Of a DNA stretch of 64,000 nt, positions 38,401 through 53,400 are shown piece by piece. Source of the stretch: Eledone cirrhosa (Eukaryota); assembly GCA_964016885.1 (NCBI GenBank), contig OZ024740.1:424390001-424454000 (forward strand). Reading direction: 5' to 3'. Positions within the stretch are counted from its first letter, which is position 1, and every line of letters starts with the position of its first letter. The position numbers were made by a program, and so were the translations under genes. Below the pieces are notes generated by a model, which did not search any database, had not been told where the DNA came from, and worked only from the letters and a program-made list of their open reading frames with translations.

Positions 38401-41400
38401 GCTCCTTCTACCGTGTAATCTCTTTGGTAAAACACCCTCTATTTCACATTGCTCCTTCTACCGTGTAATGTCTTTGGTAAAACAGCCTGTATTTCACATT
38501 TCTCCTTCTACCGTGTAATATCTTTGGTAAAACACCCTGTATTTCATATTGCTCCGTCTACCGTGTGATGTCTTTGGTAAAACACCCTGTATTTCACATT
38601 GCTCCTTTTACGTGTAATGTCTTTGGTAAAACACCCTGTATTTCATATTGCTCCTTCTACCGTGTAATGTCTTTGGTAAAGGACCCTGTATTTCATATTG
38701 CTCCTTCTGCCGTGTAATGTCTTTGGTAAAACACCCTGTATTTCATATTGCTCCTTCTACCGTGTAATGTCTTTCGTAAAACACCCTGTATTTCACATTG
38801 CTCCCTCTGCCGTGTAATGTCTTTCGTAAAACACCCTGTATTTCATATTGCTCCTTCTACCGTGTAATGTCTTTGGTAAAACACCCTGTATTTCACATTG
38901 CTCCCTCTGCCGTGTAATGTCTTTCGTAAAACGCCCTGTATTTCATATTGCTCCTAACGTGTAATGTCTTTGGTAAAACACCCTGTATTTCATATTGCTC
39001 CTTCTACCGTGTAATGTCTTTGGTAAAACACCCTGTATTTCACATTGCTCCTTCTACCGTGTAATGTCTTTGGTAAAACACCCTGTATTTCATATTGCCC
39101 CTTCTACCGTGTAATGTCTTTGGTAAAACAGCCTGTATTTCACATTGGTCCTTCTACCGTGTAATGTCTTTGGTAAAACACCCTGTATTTCATATTACTC
39201 CTTCTACCGTGCAATGTCTTTGGTAAAACACCCTGTATTTCATATTGCTCCTTCTACCGTGTAATGTCTTTGGTAAAACACCCTGTATTACATATTGCTC
39301 CTTCTACCGTGTAAGGTCTTTGGTAAAACACCCTGTATTTCATATTGCTCCCTCTGCCGTGTAATGTCTTTGGTAAAACACCCTGTATTTCATATTGCTC
39401 CCTCTGCCGTGTAATGTCTTTGGTAAAACACCCTGTATTTCATATTGCTCCCTCTACCGTGTAATGTCTTTGGTAAAACACCCTGTATTTCACATTGTTC
39501 CTTCTACCCTGTAATGTCTTTGGTAAAACACCCTGTATTTCACATTGCTCCTTCTACCGTGTAATGTCTTTGGTAAAACACCCTGTATTTCACATTGCTC
39601 CCTCTGCCGTGTAATGTCTTTGGTAAAACACCCTGTATTTCATATTGCTCCTTTTACCGTGAATGTCTTTGGTAAAACACCCTGTATTTCATATTGCTCC
39701 TTCTACCGTGTAATGTCTTTGGTAAAACACCCTGTATTTCACATTGCTCCCTCTGCCGTGTAATGTCTTTGATAAAACACCCTGTATTTCATATTGCTCC
39801 TTCTACCGTGTAATGTCTTTGGTAAAACACCCTGTATTTCACATTGCTCCTTCTACCGTGTAATGTCTTTGGTAAAACACCCTGTATTTCACATTGCTCC
39901 TTCTACCGTGTAATGTCTTTGGCAAAGGACCCTGTATTTCACATTGCTCCTTCTACCGTGTAATGTCTTTGGTAAAACATCCTGTATTTCACATTGCTCC
40001 TTCTACCGTGTAATGTCTTTGGAAAAACACCCTGTACTTCATATTGCTCCTCCTACCGTGTAATGTCTTTGGTAAACCACCCTGCATTTCATATTGCTCC
40101 TTCTACCGTGTAATGTCTTCGGTAAAACACCCTGTATTTCACGTTGCTCCTTCTACCGTGTAATGTCTTTGGTAAAACACCCTGTATTTCACATTGCTCC
40201 TTCTACCGTCTAATGTCTTTGGTAAAACACCCTGTATTTCACATTGCTCCTTCTACCGTGTAACGTCTTTGGTAAAACACCCTCTATTTCACATTGCTAC
40301 TTCTGCCGTGTAATGTCTTTCGTAAAACACCCTGTATTTCATATTGCTCCTTCTAACGTCTAATGTCTTTGGTAAAACACCCTGTATTTCCCATTGTTCC
40401 TTCTACCGTGTAATATCTTTGGTAAAACACCCTGTATTTCACATTGCTCCTTCTACCGTGTAATTTCTTTGGTAAAACACCCTGTATTTCATATTGCTCC
40501 TTCTACCGTGTAATGTCTTTGGTAAAGGACCCTGTATTTCATATTGCTCCTTCTACCGTGTAATGTGTTTGGTAAAACACCCTGTATTTCACATTGCTCC
40601 TTCTACCGTGTAATGTCTTTGGTAAAACACCCTGTATTTCACATTGCTCCTTCTACCGTGTAATGTCTTTGGCAAAGGACCCTGTATTTCACATTGCTCC
40701 TTCTACCGTGTAATGTCTTTGGTAAAACACCCTGTATTTCACATTGCTCCTTCTACCGTGTAATGTCTTTGGTAAAACACCCTTTATTTCATATTGGTCC
40801 TTCTACCGTGTAACGTCTTTGGTAAAGGACCCTGTATTTCACATTGCTCCTTCTACCGTGTAATGTCTTTGGTAAAACACCCTGTATTTCACATTGCTCC
40901 TTCTACCGTGTAATGTCTTTGGTAAAACACCCTGTATTTCATATTGCTCCTTTTACCGTGTAATGTCTTTGGTAAAACACCCTGTATTTCATATTGCTCC
41001 TTTTACCGTGTAATGTCTTTGGTAAAACACCCTGTATTTCATATTGCTCCTTCTACCGTGTAATGTCTTTGGTAAAACACCCTGTATTTCACATTGCTCC
41101 CTCTGCCGTGTAATGTCTTTGATAAAACACCCTGTATTTCATATTGCTCCTTCTACCGTGTAATGTCTTTGGTAAAACACCCTGTATTTCATATTGCTCC
41201 TTCTACCGTGTAATGTCTTTGGTAAAACACCCTGTATTTCACATTGCTCCTTCTACCGTGTAATGTCTTTGGTAAAACACCCTGTATTTCACATTGCTCC
41301 TTCTACCGTCTAATGTCTTTGGTAAAACACCCTGTATTTCACATTGCTCCTTCTACCGTGTAACGTCTTTGGTAAAACACCCTCTATTTCACATTGCTAC

Positions 41401-44400
41401 TTCTGCCGTGTAATGTCTTTCGTAAAACACCCTGTATTTCATATTGCTCCTTCTAACGTGTAATGTCTTTGGTAAAACACCCTGTATTTCACATTGCTCC
41501 TTCTACCGTGTAATATCTTTGGTAAAACACCCTGTATTTCACATTGCTCCTTCTACCGTGTAATGTCTTTGGTAAAACACCTTTATTTCATATTGCTTTT
41601 TCTACCGTGTAACGTCTTTGGTAAAGGACCCTGTATTTCACATTGCTCCTTCTACCGTGTAATATCTTTGGTAAAACACCCTGTATTTCACATTGCTCCT
41701 TCTACCGTGTAATGTCTTTGGTAAAACACCCTGTATTTCATATTGCTCCTTCTACCGTGTAATGTCTTTGGTAAAGGACCCTGTATTTCATATTGCTTCT
41801 TCTACCGTGTAATGTCTTTGGTAAAACACCCTGTATTTCATATTGCTCCCTCTACCGTGGAATGTCTTTGGTAAAACACCCGGTATTTCACATTGCTCCT
41901 TCTACCGTGTAATGTCTTTGGTAAAACACCCTGTATTTCATATTGCTCCTTCTACCGTGTAATGTCTTTGGTAAAACACCCTGTATTTCACATTGCTCCC
42001 TCTGCCGTGTAATGTATTTGGTAAAACACCCTGTATTTCATATTGCTCCTTCTACCGTGTAATGTCTTTGGTAAAACACCCTGTATTTCATACTGCTCCT
42101 TCTACCGTGTAATGTCTTTGGTAAAACACCCTGTATTTCAAATTGCTCCTTCTACCGTGTAATGTCTTTGGTAAAACACCCTGTATTTCACATTGGTCCT
42201 TCTACCGTGTAATGTCTTTGGTAAAACACCCTGTATTTCACATTGCTCCTTCTACCGTGTAATGTCTTTGGTAAAACACCCTGTATTTCACATTGCTCCC
42301 TCTGCCGTGTAATGTCTTTGATAAAACACCCTGTATTTCATATTGCTCCTTCTACCGTGTAATGTCTTTGGTAAAACACCCTGTATTTCACATTGCTCCA
42401 TCTACCGTGTAATGTCTTTGGTAAAACACCCTGTATTTCACATTGCTCCTTCTACCGTGTAATGTCTTTGGCAAAGGACCCTGTATTTCACATTGCTCCT
42501 TCTACCGTGTAATGTCTTTGGTAAAACATCCTGTATTTCACATTGCTCCTTCTACCGTGTAATGTCTTTGGAAAAACACCCTGTATTTCATATTGCTCCT
42601 CCTACCGTGTAATGTCTTTGGTAAAACACCCTGCATTTCATATTGCTCCTTCTACCGTGTAATGTCTTCGGTAAAACACCCTGTATTTCACGTTGCTCCT
42701 TCTACCGTGTAATGTCTTTGGTAAAACACCCTGTATTTCACATTGCTCCTTCTACCGTCTAATGTCTTTGGTAAAACACCCTGTATTTCACATTGCTCCT
42801 TCTACCGTGTAACGTCTTTGGTAAAACACCCTCTATTTCACATTGCTACTTCTGCCGTGTAATGTCTTTCGTAAAACACCCTGTATTTCATATTGCTCCT
42901 TCTAACGTCTAATGTCTTTGGTAAAACACCCTGTATTTCCCATTGCTCCTTCTACCGTGTAATATCTTTGGTAAAACACCCTGTATTTCACATTGCTCCT
43001 TCTACCGTGTAATTTCTTTGGTAAAACACCCTGTATTTCATATTGCTCCTTCTACCGTGTAATGTGTTTGGTAAAGGACCCTGTATTTCATATTGCTCCT
43101 TCTACCGTGTAATGTGTTTGGTAAAACACCCTGTATTTCACATTGCTCCTTCTACCGTGTAATGTCTTTGGTAAAACACCCTGTATTTCACATTGCTCCT
43201 TCTACCGTGTAATGTCTTTGGCAAAGGACCCTGTATTTCACATTGCTCCTTCTACCGTGTAATGTCTTTGGTAAAACACCCTGTATTTCACATTGCTCCT
43301 TCTACCGTGTAATGTCTTTGGTAAAACACCCTTTATTTCATATTGGTCCTTCTACCGTGTAACGTCTTTGGTAAAGGACCCTGTATTTCACATTGCTCCT
43401 TCTACCGTGTAATGTCTTTGGTAAAACACCCTGTATTTCACATTGCTCCTTCTACCGTGTAATGTCTTTGGTAAAACACCCTGTATTTCACATTGCTCCT
43501 TCTACCGTGTAATGTCTTTCGTAAAACACACTGTATTTCATATTGCTCCTTCTACCGTGTAATGTCTTTGGTAAAACACCCTGTATTTCATATTGCTCCT
43601 TCTACCGTGTAATGTCTTTGGCAAAACACACTGTATTTCACATTGCTCCTTCTACTGTGTAATGTCTTTGGTAAAACACCCTATATTTCACATTGCTCCT
43701 TCTACCGTGTAATGTCTTTGGTAAAACACCCTGTATTTCACATTGCTCCATCTACCGTGTAATGTCTTTGGTAAAACACCCTGTATTTCACATTGCTCCT
43801 TCTACCGTGTAATGTCTTTGGTAAAACACCCTGTATTTCACATTGCTCCTTCTACCGTGTAATGTCTTTGGTAAAACACCCTGTATTTCACATTGCTCCA
43901 TCTACCGTGTAATGTCTTTGGTAAAACACCCTGTATTTCACATTGCTCCTTCTACCGTGTAATGTCTTTGGTAAAACACCCTGTATTACATATTGCTCCT
44001 TCTACCGTGTAAGGTCTTTGGTAAAACACCCTGTATTTCATATTGCTCCCTCTGCCGTGTAATGTCTTTGGTAAAACACCCTGTATTTCATATTGCTCCC
44101 TCTGCCGTGTAATGTCTTTGGTAAAACACCCTGTATTTCATATTGCTCCCTCTACCGTGTAATGTCTTTGGTAAAACACCCTTTATTTCACATTGTTCCT
44201 TCTACCCTGTAATGTCTTTGGTAAAACACCCTGTATTTCATATTGCTCCTTCTACCGTGTAATGTCTTTGGTAAAACACCCTGTATTTCACATTGCTCAC
44301 TCTGCCGTGTAATGTCTTTGGTAAAACACCCTGTATTTCATATTGCTCCTTTTACCGTGTAATGTCTTTGGTAAAACACCCTGTATTTCATATTGCTCCT

Positions 44401-47400
44401 TTTACCGTGTAATGTCTTTGGTAAAACACCCTGTATTTCATATTGCTCCTTCTACCGTGTAATGTCTTTGGTAAAACACCCTGTATTTCACATTGCTCCC
44501 TCTGCCGTGTAATGTCTTTGATAAAACACCCTGTATTTCATATTGCTCCTTCTACCGTGTAATGTCTTTGGTAAAACACCCTGTATTTCATATTGCTCCT
44601 TCTACCGTGTAATGTCTTTGGTAAAACACCCTGTATTTCACATTGCTCCTTCTACCGTGTAATGTCTTTGGTAAAACACCCTGTATTTCACATTGCTCCT
44701 TCTACCGTCTAATGTCTTTGGTAAAACACCCTGTATTTCACATTGCTCCTTCTACCGTGTAACGTCTTTGGTAAAACACCCTCTATTTCACATTGCTACT
44801 TCTGCCGTGTAATGTCTTTCGTAAAACACCCTGTATTTCATATTGCTCCTTCTAACGTGTAATGTCTTTGGTAAAACACCCTGTATTTCACATTGCTCCT
44901 TCTACCGTGTAATATCTTTGGTAAAACACCCTGTATTTCACATTGCTCCTTCTACCGTGTAATGTCTTTGGTAAAACACCTTTATTTCATATTGCTTTTT
45001 CTACCGTGTAACGTCTTTGGTAAAGGACCCTGTATTTCACATTGCTCCTTCTACCGTGTAATATCTTTGGTAAAACACCCTGTATTTCACATTGCTCCTT
45101 CTACCGTGTAATGTCTTTGGTAAAACACCCTGTATTTCATATTGCTCCTTCTACCGTGTAATGTCTTTGGTAAAGGACCCTGTATTTCATATTGCTTCTT
45201 CTACCGTGTAATGTCTTTGGTAAAACACCCTGTATTTCATATTGCTCCCTCTACCGTGGAATGTCTTTGGTAAAACACCCGGTATTTCACATTGCTCCTT
45301 CTACCGTGTAATGTCTTTGGTAAAACACCCTGTATTTCATATTGCTCCTTCTACCGTGTAATGTCTTTGGTAAAACACCCTGTATTTCACATTGCTCCCT
45401 CTGCCGTGTAATGTATTTGGTAAAACACCCTGTATTTCATATTGCTCCTTCTACCGTGTAATGTCTTTGGTAAAACACCCTGTATTTCATACTGCTCCTT
45501 CTACCGTGTAATGTCTTTGGTAAAACACCCTGTATTTCAAATTGCTCCTTCTACCGTGTAATGTCTTTGGTAAAACACCCTGTATTTCACATTGGTCCTT
45601 CTACCGTGTAATGTCTTTGGTAAAACACCCTGTATTTCACATTGCTCCTTCTACCGTGTAATGTCTTTGCTAAAACATCCTGTATTTCACATTGCTCCTT
45701 CTACCGTGTAATGTCTTTGGTAAAACACCCTGTATTTCATATTGCTCCTTCTACCGTGTAATGTCTTTGGTAAAACACCCTGTATTTCACATTGCTCCTT
45801 CTACCGTCTAATGTCTTTGGTAAAACACCCTGTATTTCACATTGCTCCTTCTACCGTGAATGTCTTTGGTAAAACACCCTGTATTTCATATTGCTCCTTC
45901 TACCGTGTAATGTCTTTGGTAAAACACCCTTTATTTTACATTGCTCCCTCTGCCGTGTAATGTCTTTGATAAAAAACCCTGTATTTCATATTGCTCCTTC
46001 TACCGTGTAATGTCTTTGGTAAAACACCCTGTATTTCATATTGCTCCCTCTGCCGTGTAATGTCTTTGGTAAAACACCCTGTATTTCATATTGCTCCTTC
46101 TACCGTGTAATGTCTTTGGTAAAACACCCTGTATTTCACGTTGCTCCTTCTACCGTGTAATGTCTTTGGTAAAACACCCTGTATTTCACATTGCTCCTTC
46201 TACCGTCTAATGTCTTTGGTAAAACACCCTGTATTTCACATTGCTCCTTCTACCGTGTAATGTCTTTGGTAAAACACCCTGTATTTCACGTTGCTCCTTC
46301 TACCGTGTAATGTCTTTGGTAAAACACCCTGTATTCCACATTGCTCCTTCTACCGTCTAATGTCTTTGGTAAAACACCCTGTATTTCACATTGGTCCTTC
46401 TACCGTGTAACGTCTTTGGTAAAACACCCTTTATTTCACATTGCTACTTCTGCCGTGTAATGTCTTTCGTAAAACACCCTGTATTTCATATTGCTCCTTC
46501 TAACGTGTAATGTCTTTGGTAAAACACCCTGTATTTCACATTGCTCCTTCTACCGTGTAATATCTTTGGTAAAACACCCTGTATTTCACATTGCTCCTTC
46601 TACCGTGTAATGTCTTTGGTAAAACACCTTTATTTCATATTGCTTTTTCTACCGTGTAACGTCTTTGGTAAAGGACCCTGTATTTCACATTGCTCCTTCT
46701 ACCGTGTAATATCTTTGGTAAAACACCCTGTATTTCACATTGCTCCTTCTACCGTGTAATGTCTTTGGTAAAACACCCTGTATTTCATATTGCTACTTTT
46801 ACCGTGTAATGTCTTTGGTAAAGGACCCTGTATTTCATATTGCTCCTTCTACCGTGTAATGTGTTTGGTAAAACACCCTGTATTTCACATTGCTCCTTCT
46901 ACCGTGTAATGTCTTTGGTAAAACACCCTGTATTTCACATTGCTCCTTCTACCGTGTAATGTCTTTGGCAAAGGACCCTGTATTTCACATTGCTCCTTCT
47001 ACCGTGTAATGTCTTTGGCAAAACACCCTGTATTTCATATTGCTCCCTTTTGCCGTGTAATTTGTTGGTAAAACACCCTGTATTTCTTATTGCTCATTCT
47101 ACCGTGAATGTCTTTGGTAAAACACCCTGTATTTCATATTGCTCCTTCTACCGTGTAACGTCTTTGGTAAAACACCCTGTATTTCATATTGCTTCTTCTA
47201 CCGTGTAATGTCTTTGGTAAAACACCCTGTATTTCATATTGCTCCCTCTACCGTGGAATGTCTTTGGTAAAACACCCGGTATTTCACATTGCTCCTTCTA
47301 CCGTGTAATGTCTTTGGTAAAAAACCCTTTATTTTACATTGCTCCCTCTGCCGTGTAATGTCTTTGATAAAAAACCCTGTATTTCATATTGCTCCTTCTA

Positions 47401-50400
47401 CCGTGTAATGTCTTTGGTAAAACACCCTGTATTTTATATTGCTCCCTCTGCCGTGTAATGTCTTTGGTAAAACACCCTGTATTTCATATTGCTCCTTCTA
47501 CCGTGTAATGTCTTTGCTAAAACAGCCTGTATTTCACATTGCTCCTTCTACCGTGTAATGTCTTTGGTAAAACACCCTGTATTTCACGTTGCTCCTTCTA
47601 CCGTGTAATGTCTTTGGTAAAACACCCTGTATTTCACATTGCTCCTTCTACCGTCTAATGTCTTTGGTAAAACACCCTGTATTTCACATTGCTCCTTCTA
47701 CCGTGTAACGTCTTTGGTAAAACACCCTTTATTTCACATTGCTACTTCTGCCGTGTAATGTCTTTCGTAAAACACCCTGTATTTCATATTGCTCCTTCTA
47801 ACGTGTAATGTCTTTGGTAAAACACCCTGTATTTCACATTGCTCCTTCTACCGTGTAATATCTTTGGTAAAACACCCTGTATTTCACATTGCTCCTTCTA
47901 CCGTGTAATGTCTTTGGTAAAACACCTTTATTTCATATTGCTTTTTCTACCGTGTAACGTCTTTGGTAAAGGACCCTGTATTTCACATTGCTCCTTCTAC
48001 CGTGTAATATCTTTGGTAAAACACCCTGTATTTCACATTGCTCCTTCTACCGTGTAATGTCTTTGGTAAAACACCCTGTATTTCATATTGCTCCTTTTAC
48101 CGTGTAATGTCTTTGGTAAAGGACCCTGTATTTCATATTGCTCCTTCTACCGTGTAATGTATTTGGTAAAACACCCTGTATTTCACATTGCTCCTTCTAC
48201 CGTGTAATGTCTTTGGTAAAACACCCTGTATTTCACATTGCTCCTTCTACCGTGTAATGTCTTTGGCAAAGGACCCTGTATTTCACATTGCTCCTTCTAC
48301 CGTGTAATGTCTTTGGCAAAACACCCTGTATTTCATATTGCTCCCTTTTGCCGTGTAATTTGTTGGTAAAACACCCTGTATTTCTTATTGCTCATTCTAC
48401 CGTGAATGTCTTTGGTAAAACACCCTGTATTTCATATTGCTCCTTCTACCGTGTAACGTCTTTGGTAAAGCACCCTGTATTTCATATTGCTTCTTCTACC
48501 GTGTAATGTCTTTGGTAAAACACCCTGTATTTCATATTTCTCCCTCTACCGTGGAATGTCTTTGGTAAAACACCCGGTATTTCACATTGCTCCTTCTACC
48601 GTGTAATGTCTTTGGTAAAACACCCTGTATTTCATATTGCTCCTTCTACCGTGTAATGTCTTTGGTAAAACACCCTGTATTTCACATTGCTCCCTCTGCC
48701 GTGTAATGTATTTGGTAAAACACCCTGTATTTCATATTGCTCCTTCTACCGTGTAATGTCTTTGGTAAAACACCCTGTATTTCATATTGCTCCTTCTACC
48801 GTGTAATGTCTTTGGTAAAACACCCTGTATTTCAAATTGCTCCTTCTACCGTGTAATGTCTTTGGTAAAACACCCTGTATTTCACATTGGTCCTTCTACC
48901 GTGTAATGTCTTTGGTAAAACACCCTGTATTTCACATTGCTCCTTCTACCGTGTAATGTCTTTGCTAAAACATCCTGTATTTCACATTGCTCCTTCTACC
49001 GTGTAATGTCTTTGGTAAAACACCCTGTATTTCATATTGCTCCTTCTACCGTGTAATGTCTTTGGTAAAACACCCTGTATTTCACATTGCTCCTTCTACC
49101 GTCTAATGTCTTTGGTAAAACACCCTGTATTTCACATTGCTCCTTCTACCGTGAATGTCTTTGGTAAAACACCCTGTATTTCATATTGCTCCTTCTACCG
49201 TGTAATGTCTTTGGTAAAACACCCTTTATTTTACATTGCTCCCTCTGCCGTGTAATGTCTTTGCTAAAAAACCCTGTATTTCATATTGCTCCTTCTACCG
49301 TGTAATGACTTTGGTAAAACACCCTGTATTTCATATTGCTCCCTCTGCCGTGTAATGTCTTTGGTAAAACACCCTGTATTTCATATTGCTCCTTCTACCG
49401 TGTAATGTCTTTGCTAAAACAGCCTGTATTTCACATTGCTCCATCTACCGTGTAATGTCTTTGGTAAAACACCCTGTATTTCACGTTGCTCCTTCTACCG
49501 TGTAATGTCTTTGGTAAGACACCCTGTATTTCATATTGCTCCCTCTGACGTGTAATGTCTTTGGTAAAACACCCTTTATTTCACATTGCTCCCTCTGCCG
49601 TGTAATGTCTTTGGTAAAACACACTGTATTTCACATTGCTCCTTCTACCGTGTAATGTCTTTGGTAAAACACCCTGTATTTCATATTGCTCCTTCTACCG
49701 TGTAATGTCTTTGGTAAAACACCCTGTATTTCACATTGCTCCTTCTACCGTGTAATGTCTTTGGTAAAACACCCTGTATTTCACATTGCTCCTTCTACCG
49801 TCTAATGTCTTTGGTAAAACACCCTGTATTTCACATTGCTCCTTCTACCGTGTAACGTCTTTGGTAAAACACCCTCTATTTCACATTGCTACTTCTGCCG
49901 TATAATGTATTTCGTAAAACACCCTGTATTTCATATTGCTCCTTCTAACGTGTAATGTCTTTGGTAAAACACCCTGTATTTCACATTGCTCCTTCTACCG
50001 TGTAATATCTTTGGTAAAACACCCTGTATTTCACATTGCTCCTTCTACCGTGTAATGTCTTTGGTAAAACACCTTTATTTCATATTGCTTTTTCTATCGT
50101 GTAACGTCTTTGGTAAAGGACCCTGTATTTCACATTGCTCCTTCTACCGTGTAATATCTTTGGTAAAACACCCTGTATTTCACATTGCTCCTTCTACCGT
50201 GTAATGTCTTTGGTAAAACACCCTGTATTTCATATTGCTCCTTCTACCGTGTAATGTCTTTGGTAAAGGACCCTGTATTTCATATTGCTCCTTCTACCGT
50301 GTAATGTGTTTGGTAAAACACCCTGTATTTCACATTGCTCCTTCTACCGTGTAATGTCTTTGGTAAAACACCCTGTATTTCACATTGCTCCTTCTACCGT

Positions 50401-53400
50401 GTAATGTCTTTGGCAAAGGACCCTGTATTTCACATTGCTCCTTCTACCGTGTAATGTCTTTGGCAAAACACCCTGTATTTCATATTGCTCCCTTTTGCCG
50501 TGTAATTTGTTGGTAAAACACCCTGTATTTCTTATTGCTCATTCTACCGTGAATGTCTTTGGTAAAACACCCTGTATTTCATATTGCTCCTTCTACCGTG
50601 TAACGTCTTTGGTAAAGCACCCTGTATTTCATATTGCTTCTTCTACCGTGTAATGTCTTTGGTAAAACACCCTGTATTTCATATTTCTCCCTCTACCGTG
50701 GAATGTCTTTGGTAAAACACCCGGTATTTCACATTGCTCCTTCTACCGTGTAATGTCTTTGGTAAAACACCCTGTATTTCATATTGCTCCTTCTACCGTG
50801 TAATGTCTTTGGTAAAACACCCTGTATTTCACATTGCTCCCTCTGCCGTGTAATGTATTTGGTAAAACACCCTGTATTTCATATTGCTCCTTCTACCGTG
50901 TAATGTCTTTGGTAAAACACCCTGTATTTCATATTGCTCCTTCTACCGTGTAATGTCTTTGGTAAAACACCCTGTATTTCAAATTGCTCCTTCTACCGTG
51001 TAATGTCTTTGGTAAAACACCCTGTATTTCACATTGGTCCTTCTACCGTGTAATGTCTTTGGTAAAACACCCTGTATTTCACATTGCTCCTTCTACCGTG
51101 TAATGTCTTTGCTAAAACATCCTGTATTTCACATTGCTCCTTCTACCGTGTAATGTCTTTGGTAAAACACCCTGTATTTCATATTGCTCCTTCTACCGTG
51201 TAATGTCTTTGGTAAAACACCCTGTATTTCACATTGCTCCTTCTACCGTCTAATGTCTTTGGTAAAACACCCTGTATTTCACATTGCTCCTTCTACCGTG
51301 AATGTCTTTGGTAAAACACCCTGTATTTCATATTGCTCCTTCTACCGTGTAATGTCTTTGGTAAAACACCCTTTATTTTACATTGCTCCCTCTGCCGTGT
51401 AATGTCTTTGCTAAAAAACCCTGTATTTCATATTGCTCCTTCTACCGTGTAATGACTTTGGTAAAACACCCTGTATTTCATATTGCTCCCTCTGCCGTGT
51501 AATGTCTTTGGTAAAACACCCTGTATTTCATATTGCTCCTTCTACCGTGTAATGTCTTTGCTAAAACAGCCTGTATTTCACATTGCTCCATCTACCGTGT
51601 AATGTCTTTGGTAAAACACCCTGTATTTCACGTTGCTCCTTCTACCGTGTAATGTCTTTGGTAAGACACCCTGTATTTCATATTGCTCCCTCTGACGTGT
51701 AATGTCTTTGGTAAAACACCCTTTATTTCACATTGCTCCCTCTGCCGTGTAATGTCTTTGGTAAAACACACTGTATTTCACATTGCTCCTTCTACCGTGT
51801 AATGTCTTTGGTAAAACACCCTGTATTTCATATTGCTCCTTCTACCGTGTAATGTCTTTGGTAAAACACCCTGTATTTCACATTGCTCCTTCTACCGTGT
51901 AATGTCTTTGGTAAAACACCCTGTATTTCACATTGCTCCTTCTACCGTCTAATGTCTTTGGTAAAACACCCTGTATTTCACATTGCTCCTTCTACCGTGT
52001 AACGTCTTTGGTAAAACACCCTCTATTTCACATTGCTACTTCTGCCGTATAATGTATTTCGTAAAACACCCTGTATTTCATATTGCTCCTTCTAACGTGT
52101 AATGTCTTTGGTAAAACACCCTGTATTTCACATTGCTCCTTCTACCGTGTAATATCTTTGGTAAAACACCCTGTATTTCACATTGCTCCTTCTACCGTGT
52201 AATGTCTTTGGTAAAACACCTTTATTTCATATTGCTTTTTCTATCGTGTAACGTCTTTGGTAAAGGACCCTGTATTTCACATTGCTCCTTCTACCGTGTA
52301 ATATCTTTGGTAAAACACCCTGTATTTCACATTGCTCCTTCTACCGTGTAATGTCTTTGGTAAAACACCCTGTATTTCATATTGCTCCTTCTACCGTGTA
52401 ATGTCTTTGGTAAAGGACCCTGTATTTCATATTGCTCCTTCTACCGTGTAATGTGTTTGGTAAAACACCCTGTATTTCACATTGCTCCTTCTACCGTGTA
52501 ATGTCTTTGGTAAAACACCCTGTATTTCACATTGCTCCTTCTACCGTGTAATGTCTTTGGCAAATGACCCTGTATTTCACATTGCTCCTTCTACCGTGTA
52601 ATGTCTTTGGCAAAACACCCTGTATTTCATATTGCTCCCTTTTGCCGTGTAATTTGTTGGTAAAACACCCTGTATTTCTTATTGCTCATTCTACCGTGAA
52701 TGTCTTTGGTAAAACACCCTGTATTTCATATTGCTCCTTCTACCGTGTAACGTCTTTCGTAAAACACCCTGTATTTCATATTGCTCCCTCTGCCGTGTAA
52801 TGTCTTTGGTAAAACACTCTGTATTTCACATTGTTCCTTCTACCGTGGAATGTCTTTGGTAAAACACCCGGTATTTCACATTGCTCCTTCTACCGTGTAA
52901 TGTCTTTGGTAAAACACCCTGTATTTCATATTGCTCCTTCTACCGTGTAATGTCTTTGGTAAAACACCCTGTATTTCACATTGCTCCCTCTGCCGTGTAA
53001 TGTATTTGGTAAAACACCCTGTATTTCATATTGCTCCTTCTACCGTGTAATGTCTTTGGTAAAACACCCTGTATTTCATATTGCTCCTTCTACCGTGTAA
53101 TGTCTTTGGTAAAACACCCTGTATTTCAAATTGCTCCTTCTACCGTGTAATGTCTTTGGTAAAACTCCCTGTATTTCACATTGGTCCTTCTACCGTGTAA
53201 TGTCTTTGGTAAAACACCCTGTATTTCACATTGCTCCTTCTACCGTGTAATGTCTTTGCTAAAACATCCTGTATTTCACATTGCTCCTTCTACCGTGTAA
53301 TGTCTTTGGTAAAACACCCTGTATTTCATATTGCTCCTTATACCGTGTAATGTCTTTGGTAAAACACCCTGTATTTCACATTGCTCCTTCTACCGTCTAA